NCBI RefSeq assembly: GCF_006345805.1
Contig: NW_021832203.1
Span: 1 to 30,989 of the forward strand
Source: Octopus sinensis
Taxonomy: Eukaryota
Direction of reading: 5' to 3'
Length of the DNA: 30,989 nt
The notes under the pieces are model-generated. The model was not told the DNA's origin. It worked only from the letters and a program-made list of their open reading frames with translations, and ran no database searches. The translations under genes were made by a program, and so were the position numbers. This document shows positions 10,250 through 23,103 of this stretch, piece by piece (positions within the stretch are counted from its first letter, which is position 1; every line of letters starts with the position of its first letter).

Positions 10250-10600
10250 CCCTAGTATTTCACTTGTACTGCATTCTATTGAACTTAAAGGAAAGAAAAG
10301 AAAATTTGATTTCCGAGGGACGAAGACTTAAAACATAAAGATCGAGAAGACCGTTAAGTATTTTGTCCTACGCTGTCACAAATCTCCCAGCTTGCACTCT
10401 TCTAGCATAGATGCCAGGCCTGATATTTCTGGAGAGGTTAGCTTATGTCAGTAATTGACAGGTAGTTTAGATTACCGACTTCAAATGGATGAAAAGCGAT
10501 GTTAACCATGGCAGAATTTGAACTCAAAACCTAAAGAACCGTTAAAAATATCGCAAGGTGATTTCATCGCCATTCTACTGATTTTATTTGTTAGCGTATG
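10250..10600 (-). mobile_element. Two strongly decayed family-A fragments
   Basis: GGATGAAAAGCGATGTTAACCATGGCAGAATTTGAACTCAAAAC at ~10487-10530, and similar remnants at 10250-10395. Confidence 0.55.
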
Positions 10601-11885
10601 GCATATTGTTAGAAAACAAAAAATTACAAGAGGGGTGTTAACACTAAAAAGAGTAATATTATTATTATTATTTTTTTTTTTTTTTTTTTGCTGTACAAAA
10701 GTGTGCTGAAGTGCTAAGGAAGTACGCTGGATATGCTATGTTTCGCCTCTCGTTTTTTGGACTTTGAACTAAAGAGAGAAATATGTTTTACGTGAATTTC
10801 ATCCAATTTTTATCCTAGTCCCTTTATTTCTAATTCACTCTTTTCGTCTTTCTTGTTATTATTTTCTCTTGGCTGCTCGGCGACATTTGTATAAATTTGT
10901 GATTTAAAAAAATATTTTCCTAACAAGATCATTCGCTAAAAGATTTCGATCCCTTTTTAAGATTGGGAAAAATGAAATGAGTGATCCTTTCTGTTCTCAG
11001 AGTGTTCTATAGCAAAACACAACAAAACCCCAAACGATTTAACAAACAAAACTCAGGTCTTTTTATACTCGTGGATCTCTGTAAAATACCTTATTGAAAG
11101 AAATGATCACAGTGATGTAAGAGGGTTTTCAGCAACTCCCTTACATCCACGGTTTTAGTGAGGAGTTAACGTGCACGGTTTTCAAAGCTTCACCACAATT
11201 TCAGCGGCAAACATCAATGAAAAGCATGTTCATCAGACAAATCGGATTAACTAAGAATACAATCAAATATCGAGCAATAACAAATACCAAAGGGAAGATG
11301 AACTATCGTGGTGGTAATAGAAAGGGAAGTAACTGCCACAAAAAATGATAAGTCAATAAGACAGTTTAGTATCGTAAATATTGTTTTTAAGTGGACTAAT
11401 TATTCTGAGGAAAATTGAGATTATTTCTCAACCAGTTTATTAAGTGAAATATTTTTCGAAATACGGTCAATGGTATAGTAGACATAATCAAAGAAACGGT
11501 ATTTGTATTAATTTTAATGTTGATTTTATCACACACTATTTATTCAACTTCACTTAAGATTACTATTATGCCTGGCAAAGTTATTAAGAATAATGGCAAC
11601 TAGTGAATTGGAAAGTATTTAACATTTCTCCAATAGAAGGAATATTAATTAAAGAATTTACGGACACTTTATACCTATCATTAATGCATATGTAATTGTA
11701 ATTTGGTGCCGAAAATGTTTAGCAAAAAAGAGAAATAGGAACGGAAATAATTCGGAAATATTAGTTAATCAAGGCAAAACTACACGAGGTGTGTGACCCT
11801 CACCATGATCTGATAAAATAAATAGGAACAGAAACAAAAGAGTTAAGAAGGAATTGACCAGAACCGAATACCTTGGTTTTATCCT

Positions 11886-12137
11886 TTATCTTATACATGT
11901 TTCAGCAATTAGTCTGCGGTAATACGGGGACACCACCTTGAAAGATTTGCTCGAACAAAATGCTCCTGGTACATACATTATTTCACAGTCTGATACATAT
12001 TCTCTCTGTCCGGTTTTCCGAATCGCTAATTTACAGTACGTAAACGAACCAAAACTGGTTGTCAAGCGGTTGGGTAACAACACAAGCGCAAAATGGGACG
12101 CGCGCACACACAAACATACATAAGCACACTTACACAA

Positions 12138-12168
<31 letters not shown>

Positions 12169-12200
12169 TACTATATACGACGGTGTCCCACACAATTTCC
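11886..12200 (-). mobile_element. SINE family B tail with internal (CA)n, decayed
   Basis: TGTTTCAG...ACCACCTTGAA...CTCGAACAAAAT...CCGAATCGCTAA.TTAC...GGTTGTCAAGCG, then (CA)n and TATACGACGG. Confidence 0.7.
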
Positions 12201-12455
12201 GTGAGCTTTTGCTTTATCAGCACAGAGCCATGCTTGTCCATCCGAAATTGCAACGATAATCTGGAACTTGACTGAGGAAAGAAAACTCCCAATGACCCGT
12301 CCTTGTTTTCTTTGTATCGTCTGTCTGGATGCTTTGTTGTCCTCTTTTTTGTATCATCTAACTCTCTGGATGTTTTGCGTTCTTGTCCATTTTTGTATTT
12401 TTTATCTATAAAATATAGCGGCGTACGTACACTTTGGTTTCTCTCTCTCTCTCTG

Positions 12456-12498
<43 letters not shown>

Positions 12499-13973
12499 TT
12501 TTCTTTTACTACTGCGCTACGATATTACTCTTCGCGTAATATTGTAGAAGTGATTCAGCAATTCTTGCGAACAAGCCCCCCGCCTCCCAAAAACACACAC
12601 ACAAATGCTGTAGACATTGGTAATAAAATTAAGGTGTCAGTATAAAGACTCTTCATAAGTTTCATAGACTCTGGAAAATAAAATAGGGTCTGGAAAATAA
12701 AATAGCTTGGGCCCTTGTCTAACCCTCGCAACTAACCAAGAGAAAAAAAAAAAAAAATACACGCCCAAATAATGTACAATCCAACAGGGATGAATCAACA
12801 GTAAACAAGGAAGAAAAGAATAGCTCCAAAAAAACTCCAACCCTAACACTGTCAAGTAATAATTATTGGAAAGAATTATTAGCGCCAACACAAATTAATG
12901 AATGAAATGACTTAGAAAATACGATGGATAGAATTAAGTGAAAGTTTGAAAAGATGAAACGTTTACAAATTGAAAACAGACTACAAAGCATCGAAATATA
13001 CAAACAACATAAAAGAACAGGACTCTAATCAAAGAAAGTAACCGCACTTCAGAAATAATTAGAAAACAAACACGGGAAATAGTTGTAACAGCCTTAAAGT
13101 AAATAACGTGCGATAGAGAGAGGGGGGTAATCAGAGAATATAGCGATGAAATAAGGGGCAACTCGAACCAGAAAAGCTAACAGATGTCATTTTTGGAAAC
13201 AAGGATTTAATAAGTGATAAATTGCGAAAAGGTAGATAGAGCTACAGTGAGTTTTAAATAAGGGGCCCAATAGTGTCACATTCAAGAATGCTTAAACAGC
13301 TTCCGTAGAAGGTTTATACATCTGACTAACAGGATTTTAATATTGCTCCAATTTTAGAATATATTCATCCGCAGCTTGTACGAAAACGATTTTAATGTCA
13401 CAAGCTTTTTTTTTTGAACTAGTGAAGACTAAATCTTGAACGGTTACGAATTTGGAAAATGAATAAAAATGAGAAGAGTAAAATTAATATTTTTTTTTCT
13501 CTGTAAAGGGAATTCTTTATTAGGAAAAATATGAAAGCAATATCTATACCTCATATAAGAAAATAATATATATTTTCTGTATGTACGTATTACAGATCAA
13601 TCACAAATATCCTAACATCAACACTGAGCGGTTATATATTAATGCTTTTTTGTATCTGGGAAAGCTGATAACGTCAGTAATAAACACCTAGATTGGTGTT
13701 GGTTCTTCCGACTAAAATCGTTCGATGGATGCAGGTTAATAACTGAAACAAGTAAATAAGAAGACATATATCATGCGATAATGTAGAACAAATAGGAGCT
13801 AAATCTCAAGAAGATAAGTTTAAATCTAATATAATCTACATAAAACGGAGAATATTCCATGAGCATTCGCATAAGTTTGTTCTCCGGGGTGTTGCTGCCT
13901 TAAATGCAGTCTTAAACTATACAAAATATCGTAACAAAATCCAGAGCACTACGGTTGCTATCATCCAGTCGAT

Positions 13974-14294
13974 TAGAGGATCTCAACCATTTTTTACCTA
14001 TGGACATTTTTGACTGCTGTTTTATTCGAATGAATCCCATAGCCATTCGATGTTTAGACACTAATTTTATAGATACTTCTTTCAGACTTCCTGTTTTGTT
14101 TTTCACACATTAACACGTGTAGGTTAAACTATGTAAAACACTAGAGAAAGACAACCAAGCTTCTGTTGCAATACATCGAAAGCAAAATTTTTTCACTACT
14201 ACATGTCGCCAATTACCTATTTTGCTTGAGTAGCTCACCAAAATTCTCCTATGGACTCCCAATTGGTCATATGGACACCGGTTGAGAACCTCTG
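13974..14294. mobile_element. Non-autonomous hAT (Charlie-like) MITE
   Basis: TIRs TAGAGGATCTCAACC (13974) and GGTTGAGAACCTCTG (ending 14294; reverse complement CAGAGGTTCTCAACC), subterminal ATGGAC motifs. The 8-bp flanks CAGTCGAT and CACTAAAT match at only 5 of 8 positions. Confidence 0.7.
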
Positions 14295-14317
14295 CACTAA
14301 ATGGATGGTATACTGAC

Positions 14318-14732
14318 CGGCAAGAGCTGACAGAATCGTCGGCACGCCGGCTGAAATGCGTAGCGGTATTTCGTCTGCCGTTACGTTCTGAGTTCTAATT
14401 CCGCCGAGATCGACTTTGCCTTTCATCCTTTCGGGGTCGATAAATTAAGTACCAGTTACGCACAGGGGTCGATATAATCGACCTAATCCGTTTGTCTGTC
14501 CTTGTTTGTCCTTTCTGTGTTTAGCCCCTCGTGAGTAGTGAAGAAATAGGTATTTCGTCTTCTGCTACGTTCTGATTTCAAATTCAGCCGAGGTTCACTT
14601 TGCCTTTCATCCTTTCGGGGTCGATAAATTAAGTACCAGTTACGCACTAGGGTCGATTTAATCGACTTAATCCGTTTGTCTGTCCTTGTTTGTCATCTCT
14701 GTGTTTAGCCCCTTGTGGATAGTAAAGAAACA
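14318..14732 (+). mobile_element. SINE family A tandem dimer (two tail-1 units) with an 11-bp TSD
   Basis: Internal junction GAAGAAATA|GGTATTTCG at ~14541-14558; flanked by GGTATACTGAC at 14307-14317 and 14733-14743. Confidence 0.92.
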
Positions 14733-15416
14733 GGTATACTGACAAATACAAAGTGTGAAAATGAGATACTGATTACCAATCACTAAGATATTGCTTCAGC
14801 TTGACTGTGGATCAGGATGTGCGAGCCCTGGGAAAGCACTACCAGGGGTAGGGCTAACTGGACACAATTTGGGATTTGATCGACCGCAACTGGATCAGTT
14901 GGTTAATGGATGTCTGATACTGAAAAACCTGAAACACGTAATGACCCCAAGAATCATCACTGGTGATGTCTCCAGATACATCAGAGGATGATGTAGGAAA
15001 AAAACTGTGAAAACGCTTTCCACATTCGAAAACACTTTAACTCCATCTTCAGATGGATGTTGAAAAATACCCTGACGCTAGATTCAAAACATTGAAACTG
15101 TCGATATATTGGACTACGGCTGTGCAGAGATACTGCCTTTAGTGTTTTCATTTTGCATTTTAGCTGACCAATATAAAATATGGAATGTATTTTTGTCATA
15201 TTATATATTTCTAGGACTGTCGATTTCTACTATTATCGATCAGTAAAGAAAATCAACTTGAAGCATCATTTTTTACATACGTGCACTCCAGCGATATATA
15301 TATGTACACGTACACATACAGGCACACACACATCCACGTCCATGCACACGCGCGCGCGTGCATATAGATATCTATAATTATATCTATCTATCTATCTGCA
15401 TATATATACATACACA

Positions 15417-15635
<219 letters not shown>

Positions 15636-16009
15636 TATAAATATATATATATACACACACATATATATATATACATACACACACATAAAATTAGCTGAAG
15701 ATTACTTGACATATTATATCTGCTGTAATATTTACAGCTTTTAATAAAATGTTGTAGTATGAAACAATTGTACTAAATTACCAGATCCATTCTTGTTGCT
15801 TATTTTTTATTATAATCACCCCGCATATTTTTATGGGTAATACCATAGAAAATTCTGGTGCATCTGAATTAAGTACCATATTCATTTGAATCTAAATTGT
15901 TTGCTGAACTTATATATATATAGTGAGAATTTACAAAAAAACAATTTGATTCGGTTTCTGTAGGCCCCAAATGAAGCCGACTCCTTCAGACTTGTGGAAT
16001 AACATAAAT

Positions 16010-16158
16010 ACATACATGCAAATATGCATACATACATACATACATGCATACATACATACATACATACATACATACATACATACATACATACATACATACA
16101 TGCATGCATGCATACATACATACACATACATACATACATACATACATACATACATACA

Positions 16159-16192
<34 letters not shown>

Positions 16193-16200
16193 CATACACA
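16010..16200. repeat. (TACA)n microsatellite
   Basis: Direct reading. Confidence 0.97.
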
Positions 16201-16559
16201 CTAACACACTATTTTTTACAAGAGTGCTGCTGACGGTGACACCAAAGTTTTGCGCGTTTGGACTTCAGAAAATTCGAATTCGCTGTCGACACTTCTCTTG
16301 TAAGAGAATAATACATAAGTTCTTTACAAAACTTTTTTGAACAGTTATTTAGTCTAATGTAAAAGTGTTCTTAATTATAAGTCGACAATGCGGTCGATGA
16401 AATATAGTACAAATTTAACAGCGGAATCAATGTAATCTACTCTCCTACACAATTTCAGGTTCTTCTTTTCTCTATAGTAGAAGCAAGATTTAATGTGCGT
16501 GTGTGTGTCCATATGAGAGGTCCTTTCAAGGTAAATAACGCACCTTACTGTGTATGTAT

Positions 16560-16570
16560 GTGTGTCTGCG

Positions 16571-16610
<40 letters not shown>

Positions 16611-16680
16611 ATATTATATATATATATATGTAGATGTACATATAAATATATATCAGTGTCTGTGTATGTATATATTATAC

Positions 16681-16728
<48 letters not shown>

Positions 16729-16888
16729 TAATATATATATATATATAATATATATATTATATATATATATATATATGTAGATGTACATATAAATATATAT
16801 CAGTGTCTGTGTATGTATATATTATACTATAAATATATATATATATACATAAGGGAAAGTTTACGAAAATAAATAAATATATATATAT

Positions 16889-16937
<49 letters not shown>

Positions 16938-16950
16938 GTATATATACGCA
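16560..16950. repeat. (TA)n-rich block containing an exact 57-bp direct duplication
   Basis: 16630-16686 is identical to 16777-16833. Confidence 0.9.
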
Positions 16951-17597
16951 TGTGTGTGTAGTGTTAGTGTGCGTACATGTGTGCGTGCGTGAGCGTGTTT
17001 AATGATTTCGGTGCTGTCGCCACCTAATATACATTTAATGGATTTAATGTTTGTGGTAAAGGAGATCCTTCTGGCAGTTAATCTGAAGTGTTATTGGATA
17101 CAAAATGGCTGACACGCCAGATAAAAACAGACTCGTGGTTCCGAAATATTGATTTCATATTTAGGCACTAGGTCAACGCTTTTTATTTATTTATCTAATT
17201 TATCTCTTGTATTTATCTTTATTTTTGTTGGTAGGGGTTGGATATCCAATAGTTGATTATATCAACGAAACTACTTTACAGATCATTATTTTATCAAACC
17301 GCAGTAGGATGAAATGTGAAGACGATTTGTCAATGTTGTAATATAATTCCGTTAAGCTCAAAGTTGCTTTATCTTCATTTCCGTCAAATGCTTGTTTTTT
17401 CTTAATTTCCGTCAAGTGCTGCTACATTGGTCCGTCCTTGGACAGTTCCAGTAACATATCAGTTTCTCTATGAGAGAAGGTCGTTGGTCTCCATGTTCGA
17501 TATTTCTCCGAATCTGGTGTGATGGGTAGGGAAGGATGCGAACAGATGTGTGATCAGTAAGGATCGATGGTAAACACCAAGAATGAAAAGGAGGAAA

Positions 17598-17769
17598 AGT
17601 AGTAGTAGTGGTGGTGGTGGTGGTGTAGTAGTATTTGTAGTAGTAGTTGTAGTAGAAAATGAGGAAGAAAATGAAGAAAAAGGAGAAGCAGAAGAAAAAG
17701 AACATCTACTACTACTACTACTAACTACAAGACAAAGTAGAACAACACCAACAACAATGACTATTACTA

Positions 17770-17807
<38 letters not shown>

Positions 17808-17868
17808 ACTTCTACTACTACTATTACTACTACTACTGCTAGTACTACTACTGCTGCTGCTGCTGCTG

Positions 17869-17899
<31 letters not shown>

Positions 17900-17900
17900 A

Positions 17901-17941
<41 letters not shown>
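17598..17941. repeat. Mixed (AGT)/(GGT), then (ACT)/(GCT) trinucleotide arrays
   Basis: Direct reading; source of both 159-aa pseudo-ORFs. Confidence 0.95.
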
Positions 17942-18664
17942 AGACAAAGAAGAAAAAGAAGTGCATTATTTCACCAGTACTTTATGCATCAACCTTGTCC
18001 TCAGCCGATTTGGATTGGAAAAGCGGAGAGTGAGAAAGAATACGTTAAGCAAGTCTATCTGAATTCTGACAATTACTCTCCTAGGTTACCTCATTGGAAT
18101 ATTCCATTGATAGCAGTGTTTGACTGGTTCTCTGTTTTGTCTTCCTGAGGAGGATAACCGGTAAAATTGGCTCAGCGTGAATTGAATTCAGAACATAAAG
18201 CACTAAAACAAATATCACAAACACTTAGATCGATGCGCCAACGATTCCGTCAATTTGTTAACGATCTACCCGAATCAGGGGCGAACTGCAACCCGCGTGC
18301 CGTGCGCAGCCAACGGAACTTTCTAAATGGTAATCCTATCGAAATATTACCTTGTGGATTTTGGTAGTGCCAATTACATGATGATGTGTCATATCTTATG
18401 CGGCCGTTTCTTCGTGGCAAAATACGTATAGAATGTACTCGTATTTTTCCAGTTTTCGAATTCCAGAATTTTACTAAAGTAAAAAGGAGATTGAATTACA
18501 TACAGAGAAAAGACAGACCTATAGAAAGAATTAGAGAGTCACAGGGTGAGAGAATGTGTCACAAATAGACAGAAAGAAGGAAACAGAAAGACAAAATTGC
18601 TTTATGTATTGAAGACAATGGCATATGGACAAGGCCAGAATTTTGAAGAAAGAGGTTAGATGAT

Positions 18665-18687
18665 TGCATCTACTGCAGTACTTGACT

Positions 18688-18728
<41 letters not shown>

Positions 18729-18960
18729 TGAGTTAGAGAGAGAGAGAGAGTCTGGGGAAAGAAATTGAAAGAAAGAAAGAGAGAAAGAAAGAGGAAGTAA
18801 GGAAGCAAGGTAATCTGAACAAAATAGGTACACACACACACCTTATCTTTGTCGACCCTTGAAGTATATGTAGCAATGCTGACCTAAGCCAAATTTCAAC
18901 TAAAACAGTGAAGTGCCGTAGCCAAATACCGCAAAATATCGTGTTGGATGATATATCGTT
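18665..18960 (-). mobile_element. Decayed family-A copy interrupted by a ~155-bp duplicated segment
   Basis: CAGTACTTGACTG before the insert and CTTATCTTTGTCGACCC...GCTGACCT..GCCAAATTTCAACT after it are contiguous in intact A copies. Confidence 0.55.
18687..18840 (+). repeat. Direct repeat copy 1 (copy 2 at 20175-20319)
   Basis: Both copies share (GA)n-AAAGTGAGTTAGAG...GTCTGGGGAAAGAAATTGAAAG...GTAAGGAAGCAAGGTAATCTGAACAAAATAGGTACACACAC. Confidence 0.9.
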
Positions 18961-19409
18961 CTACTAATCCACCTTCCGGAAACAACTCTAGAATTAACTG
19001 TTTGTAACGTAAGCAAAAGTCAGATATTTAGGAGAGGGTTTACGCTATTGAACTACTCCTAGTACTTGACTAGTACTATATTTTATCGATCCTATAAAAA
19101 TATCCAGACCCAGATATTTTATCGATCCTATAAATATATCCAGATAATTTCTGGATATATTGAAATAAATTGACGAAATATATTACAATATAATTCAGCA
19201 TACTTCCCTCTCGGATTAGCACATTTATTGCAGCAGACCTTCAGTTTAGCTAAGCCCTATCTGGGAAAGGGCTTGCGATACCCTTAAGGCCAGGAACTTT
19301 TCAGCAATCCCTCGTATACTTATCGCTAAACTTATCCAATTGTTGCGTAGCTCTACGACTTCGACGAATTGGAAAAAAAGACTAAAGACTAAAGTTTCTG
19401 AAATATACC

Positions 19410-19822
19410 AGCTCAGGCTTGGGTGTGGTAAGAAGCTTGCTTCCTAACCACATGGTTCCGGGTTCAGTCCCACTGCGTGGAATCTTGTCTTCTACTATAG
19501 CCTCAGACCAACCAAAGCCTTGCGGGTGGATTTGGTAGACGGAAACTGAAAGAAGCCCGTCGTATATATATATATATATATGTGTAATGTATGTATGTAT
19601 GCATGTATTTGTTATTTGTATCTGCGTTCGTCCCCCCACCATCGCTTGACAACCGATGTTGGTGAGTTTACGTCCCCGTAACTTAGTCGTTTGACAAAAA
19701 GATTCCGATAGAATAAGTACTAGGCTTACAAAAATATGTCCTGGGGTCGATTTACTCGACTAAATGTGGTGCTGCAGCATGGCTGCAGTCAAATGACTGA
19801 AACAAGTAAAAGAGTAAAAGAA
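19410..19822 (+). mobile_element. SINE family B, near full length, with a small deletion in the CORE-like segment
   Basis: GGTTCAGTCCCACTGCGTGG, AAGCCCGTCG-(TA)n, tail CCGATAGAATAAGTACTAGGC...GAAACAAGTAAAAGAGTAAAAG. Confidence 0.9.
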
Positions 19823-19844
19823 TAGTTTCAACTTTTGATTTAAT

Positions 19845-20038
19845 ACCAGAAGTTTTTGATGGGCGGGGTACGTTTATTTCATCGACCCCAGCGCTTGACT
19901 GGAACTTATTTTATCAACCCTGAAATGATGAAAGATATAGGTGACCTCGGTAGAATTTGAGCTCAAAATGCAAAGATGCAGGAAACCCCGCTAAAACATT
20001 TTATTGAGTGTGCTAATGGCTCTGCCAGCTCGTTGCCT
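19845..20038 (-). mobile_element. SINE family A (tail type 2), decayed
   Basis: ATCGACCCCAGCGCTTGACTGG.ACTTATTTTATC.ACCC...GACCTCGGTAGAATTTGAGCTCA...CTGCCAGCTCGTTGCC. Confidence 0.8.
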
Positions 20039-20170
20039 GAAACATGGTAAATAACAGAAGAAACGAAGGAAAATTGGACCCCGAATAAAGGGGTTAGTTT
20101 AGTAAGAGAAAGAGAGAGACGGAAACTAGAAAAAAGAGGGAGAGAAAATTTCGAGAGCGAAGGAGAATAA

Positions 20171-20174
<4 letters not shown>

Positions 20175-20210
<36 letters not shown>

Positions 20211-20329
20211 TGAGTTAGAGAAAGAGAGAGAGAGTCTGGGGAAAGAAATTGAAAGAAAGAAAGAGAGAAAGAGTAAGGAAGCAAGGTAATCTGAACAAAA
20301 TAGGTACACACACACACACGCACACACAC

Positions 20330-20405
<76 letters not shown>
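20175..20405 (+). repeat. Direct repeat copy 2 followed by (CA)n(TA)n
   Basis: See 18687-18840. Confidence 0.9.
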
Positions 20406-20406
<1 letters not shown>

Positions 20407-20729
20407 CAAAGATATAAAAAAATGCCCAAAGACTAAAAATACTAAACGGTGTATTTGTTTCGACGTACGGACAGACTGATAGAGCGACAGGTGTCGGTAA
20501 AATCGGGTTGTCATCACTACATATATATCAAAGAATATTCGGCTTTCTTTTGAAAAAGCGCCGAGTCGGATTCTTTAATGACTTCACTCATTTATCACGG
20601 AAGGTTTGGGGAGTCATAAATTCCACCCATGCGCGCTAATTGTAGTCCCTACTGGTTCTCTACGCAGTTGTGTTCGTGTGTATATGAGTAGGCTAGCACG
20701 TATTTGTGTGCCTCCGTCTGTGGATACAC

Positions 20730-21230
<501 letters not shown>

Positions 21231-21958
21231 CGGATATATGTTTACTTATGCGTGTGTATGTAGATACACATGTGTGTATATGTGTATGTGTGTGCGTTTG
21301 TGTAGACATTTTTTTTTATAATTTCAAGCCTTTAACTGCGGAAATTTAAACAGATGTGAATACAGCACTTATTGTGTTCATAGACCGTAAAGAACAAAGA
21401 CAAGAGCAAGATTTATTTACATCTGTTTAAAGATTCACAGCGAGCGACTTAAAGAAGAAAAAGAACATAGTTTGTTAACTATAAATTTATCCAAGCTTAT
21501 TTATTGATCTATTTATTGTTTGTGTTGGCCTATGTTCGTGTATTTGTAAATGTGATTTAATATAACCTCGCCATTTCTAACAAGATCAGTGTTGTGTCAA
21601 AATCTTTTACTTGCTTCGATTACTGGACTACGGCCACGCTGGGGTACTGCCTTGAACGGTTTTTGTCGAACAAATCGGCCTCGGCACTTATTTCTTTTTA
21701 AAGTCTGGTACTTATTATATTGGCGTTCTTTACCGGAGCGCTAGGTTGCGGGGATGTAAAATAACCAGCGCTGGTAGACAAGAGGTGGTGGAGGACAAAC
21801 ACAAGCACACATAGATATATACTAGATACACACAAGCACATGTCTATAAATATATATTTATCTCAAAATAAGCAACAAGGATATCCAGAGGTAATGCAGT
21901 ACGATCGTTTCATGCGACTCCATTTAATTGAACTATGCAATCATTTCATTTATCTATG

Positions 21959-22006
<48 letters not shown>

Positions 22007-22048
22007 ATTCACACACACACACACACACACGCACACACAAACACATAT

Positions 22049-22300
22049 ATAGGGTGTTCTAAAAGTCTCTCCGCAGTAAGTATTTTATTGCGAAATAAAT
22101 ATTTATAAGATGGTATAAGACTACAAAAGAATATATTAGACTTTACAAGACTTTAAAAAGAAAAACTTTGTAACAGATGTTGAAAGTATCGTCCGTCATT
22201 TTCAATATAAAAGTCTACTCTTCTATACATGCTTTTAAATACATCTTGAAGAGTTAGGATTTTAAAAAATCAATGCGGAGGGACTTTTTGAACACCCGTA
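22049..22300. mobile_element. Tc1/mariner-type MITE inserted in a TA context
   Basis: Left TAGGGTGTTCTAAAAGTCTCTCCGCA (22050-22075); right TGCGGAGGGACTTTTTGAACACCCGTA (22274-22300; reverse complement TACGGGTGTTCAAAAAGTCCCTCCGCA). TA at both ends. Confidence 0.85.
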
Positions 22301-22462
22301 TTATATATATATATATATATTCACCCCCCCCCCCCACACATATATATTCACACACACACATTTTAATACTTCGAAATAATATATTAGACTATGAATAATT
22401 AAATTATTTATAACAGTTATTATAGTCTACTCTGCATTGTTGTGCCATTTCAGACACGTTAC

Positions 22463-22507
<45 letters not shown>

Positions 22508-22565
22508 GCATGACGGAATTCTTTCAATCTTCGTCTACCAAAGTCCGTTCTCAAGGCATTGGTTG

Positions 22566-23103
22566 ATCCAGGGACCGAAATTTTTTCCCACGCGAGTTCC
22601 GGACCCCAGTAATGAACTCATTTGCATACAGCCAATCAGAGATCACCTTGACCTTGTTGTCAAGTTAACAAAGACTCTGCCAAGTGAACTCAAAACGAAG
22701 AACGGGTATTGTAAATCGAACGATCGCCAAGTTATGCCTGGTTTTAGAAGGAGACAAGTAATTAGATAGATTTGCATCTATACCTATTACTGGATTTTGT
22801 CAGGGGGCCCCATATGGTAAAGATGTGGATGACGAAAATGTGGGTTGAGGGTGACGTGCTAGCAACTCTCTCTCCCCTTACTGTTATACAAAGTAAACAA
22901 CACAAATAACTACGCAGAGGCAGCCATGGTTGCAACAAGAAGCATTATTAAAAGAGAAAAGAAGTATGGTCTTTCCTTACACAAATGATCTTGTTATGCG
23001 CTCATAAATTAGTTTGATAGTTGAGCTCTGATTGGCTGTATATAAATGAGTTCATCACTGGGGTCCGGGACACTCGTGGGAAAAAAAAATTCGCGTCCTG
23101 GAT
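22566..23103. mobile_element. Unclassified non-autonomous element with ~80-bp TIRs
   Basis: 22566-22644 and 23023-23103 are reverse complements (CCCACG...CCGGACCCCAGT.ATGAACTCATTT..ATACAGCCAATCAGAG). It interrupts a B SINE, and the TSD is not resolvable. Confidence 0.85.

Noticed and set aside
11190-11240. Other CUGAUGA hits (minus ~11230, minus ~5910, plus ~23618)
   Set aside because: There is no stem II followed by GAAA.
16216-16304. Pre-miRNA-sized foldback closed by TTACAAGAG/CTCTTGTAA
   Set aside because: Pairing beyond the 9-bp base is too irregular.
18274-18400. CAGGGGCGAACTGCAACCCGCG, resembling a hAT TIR
   Set aside because: No matching opposite TIR was found, so it cannot be supported as an element.
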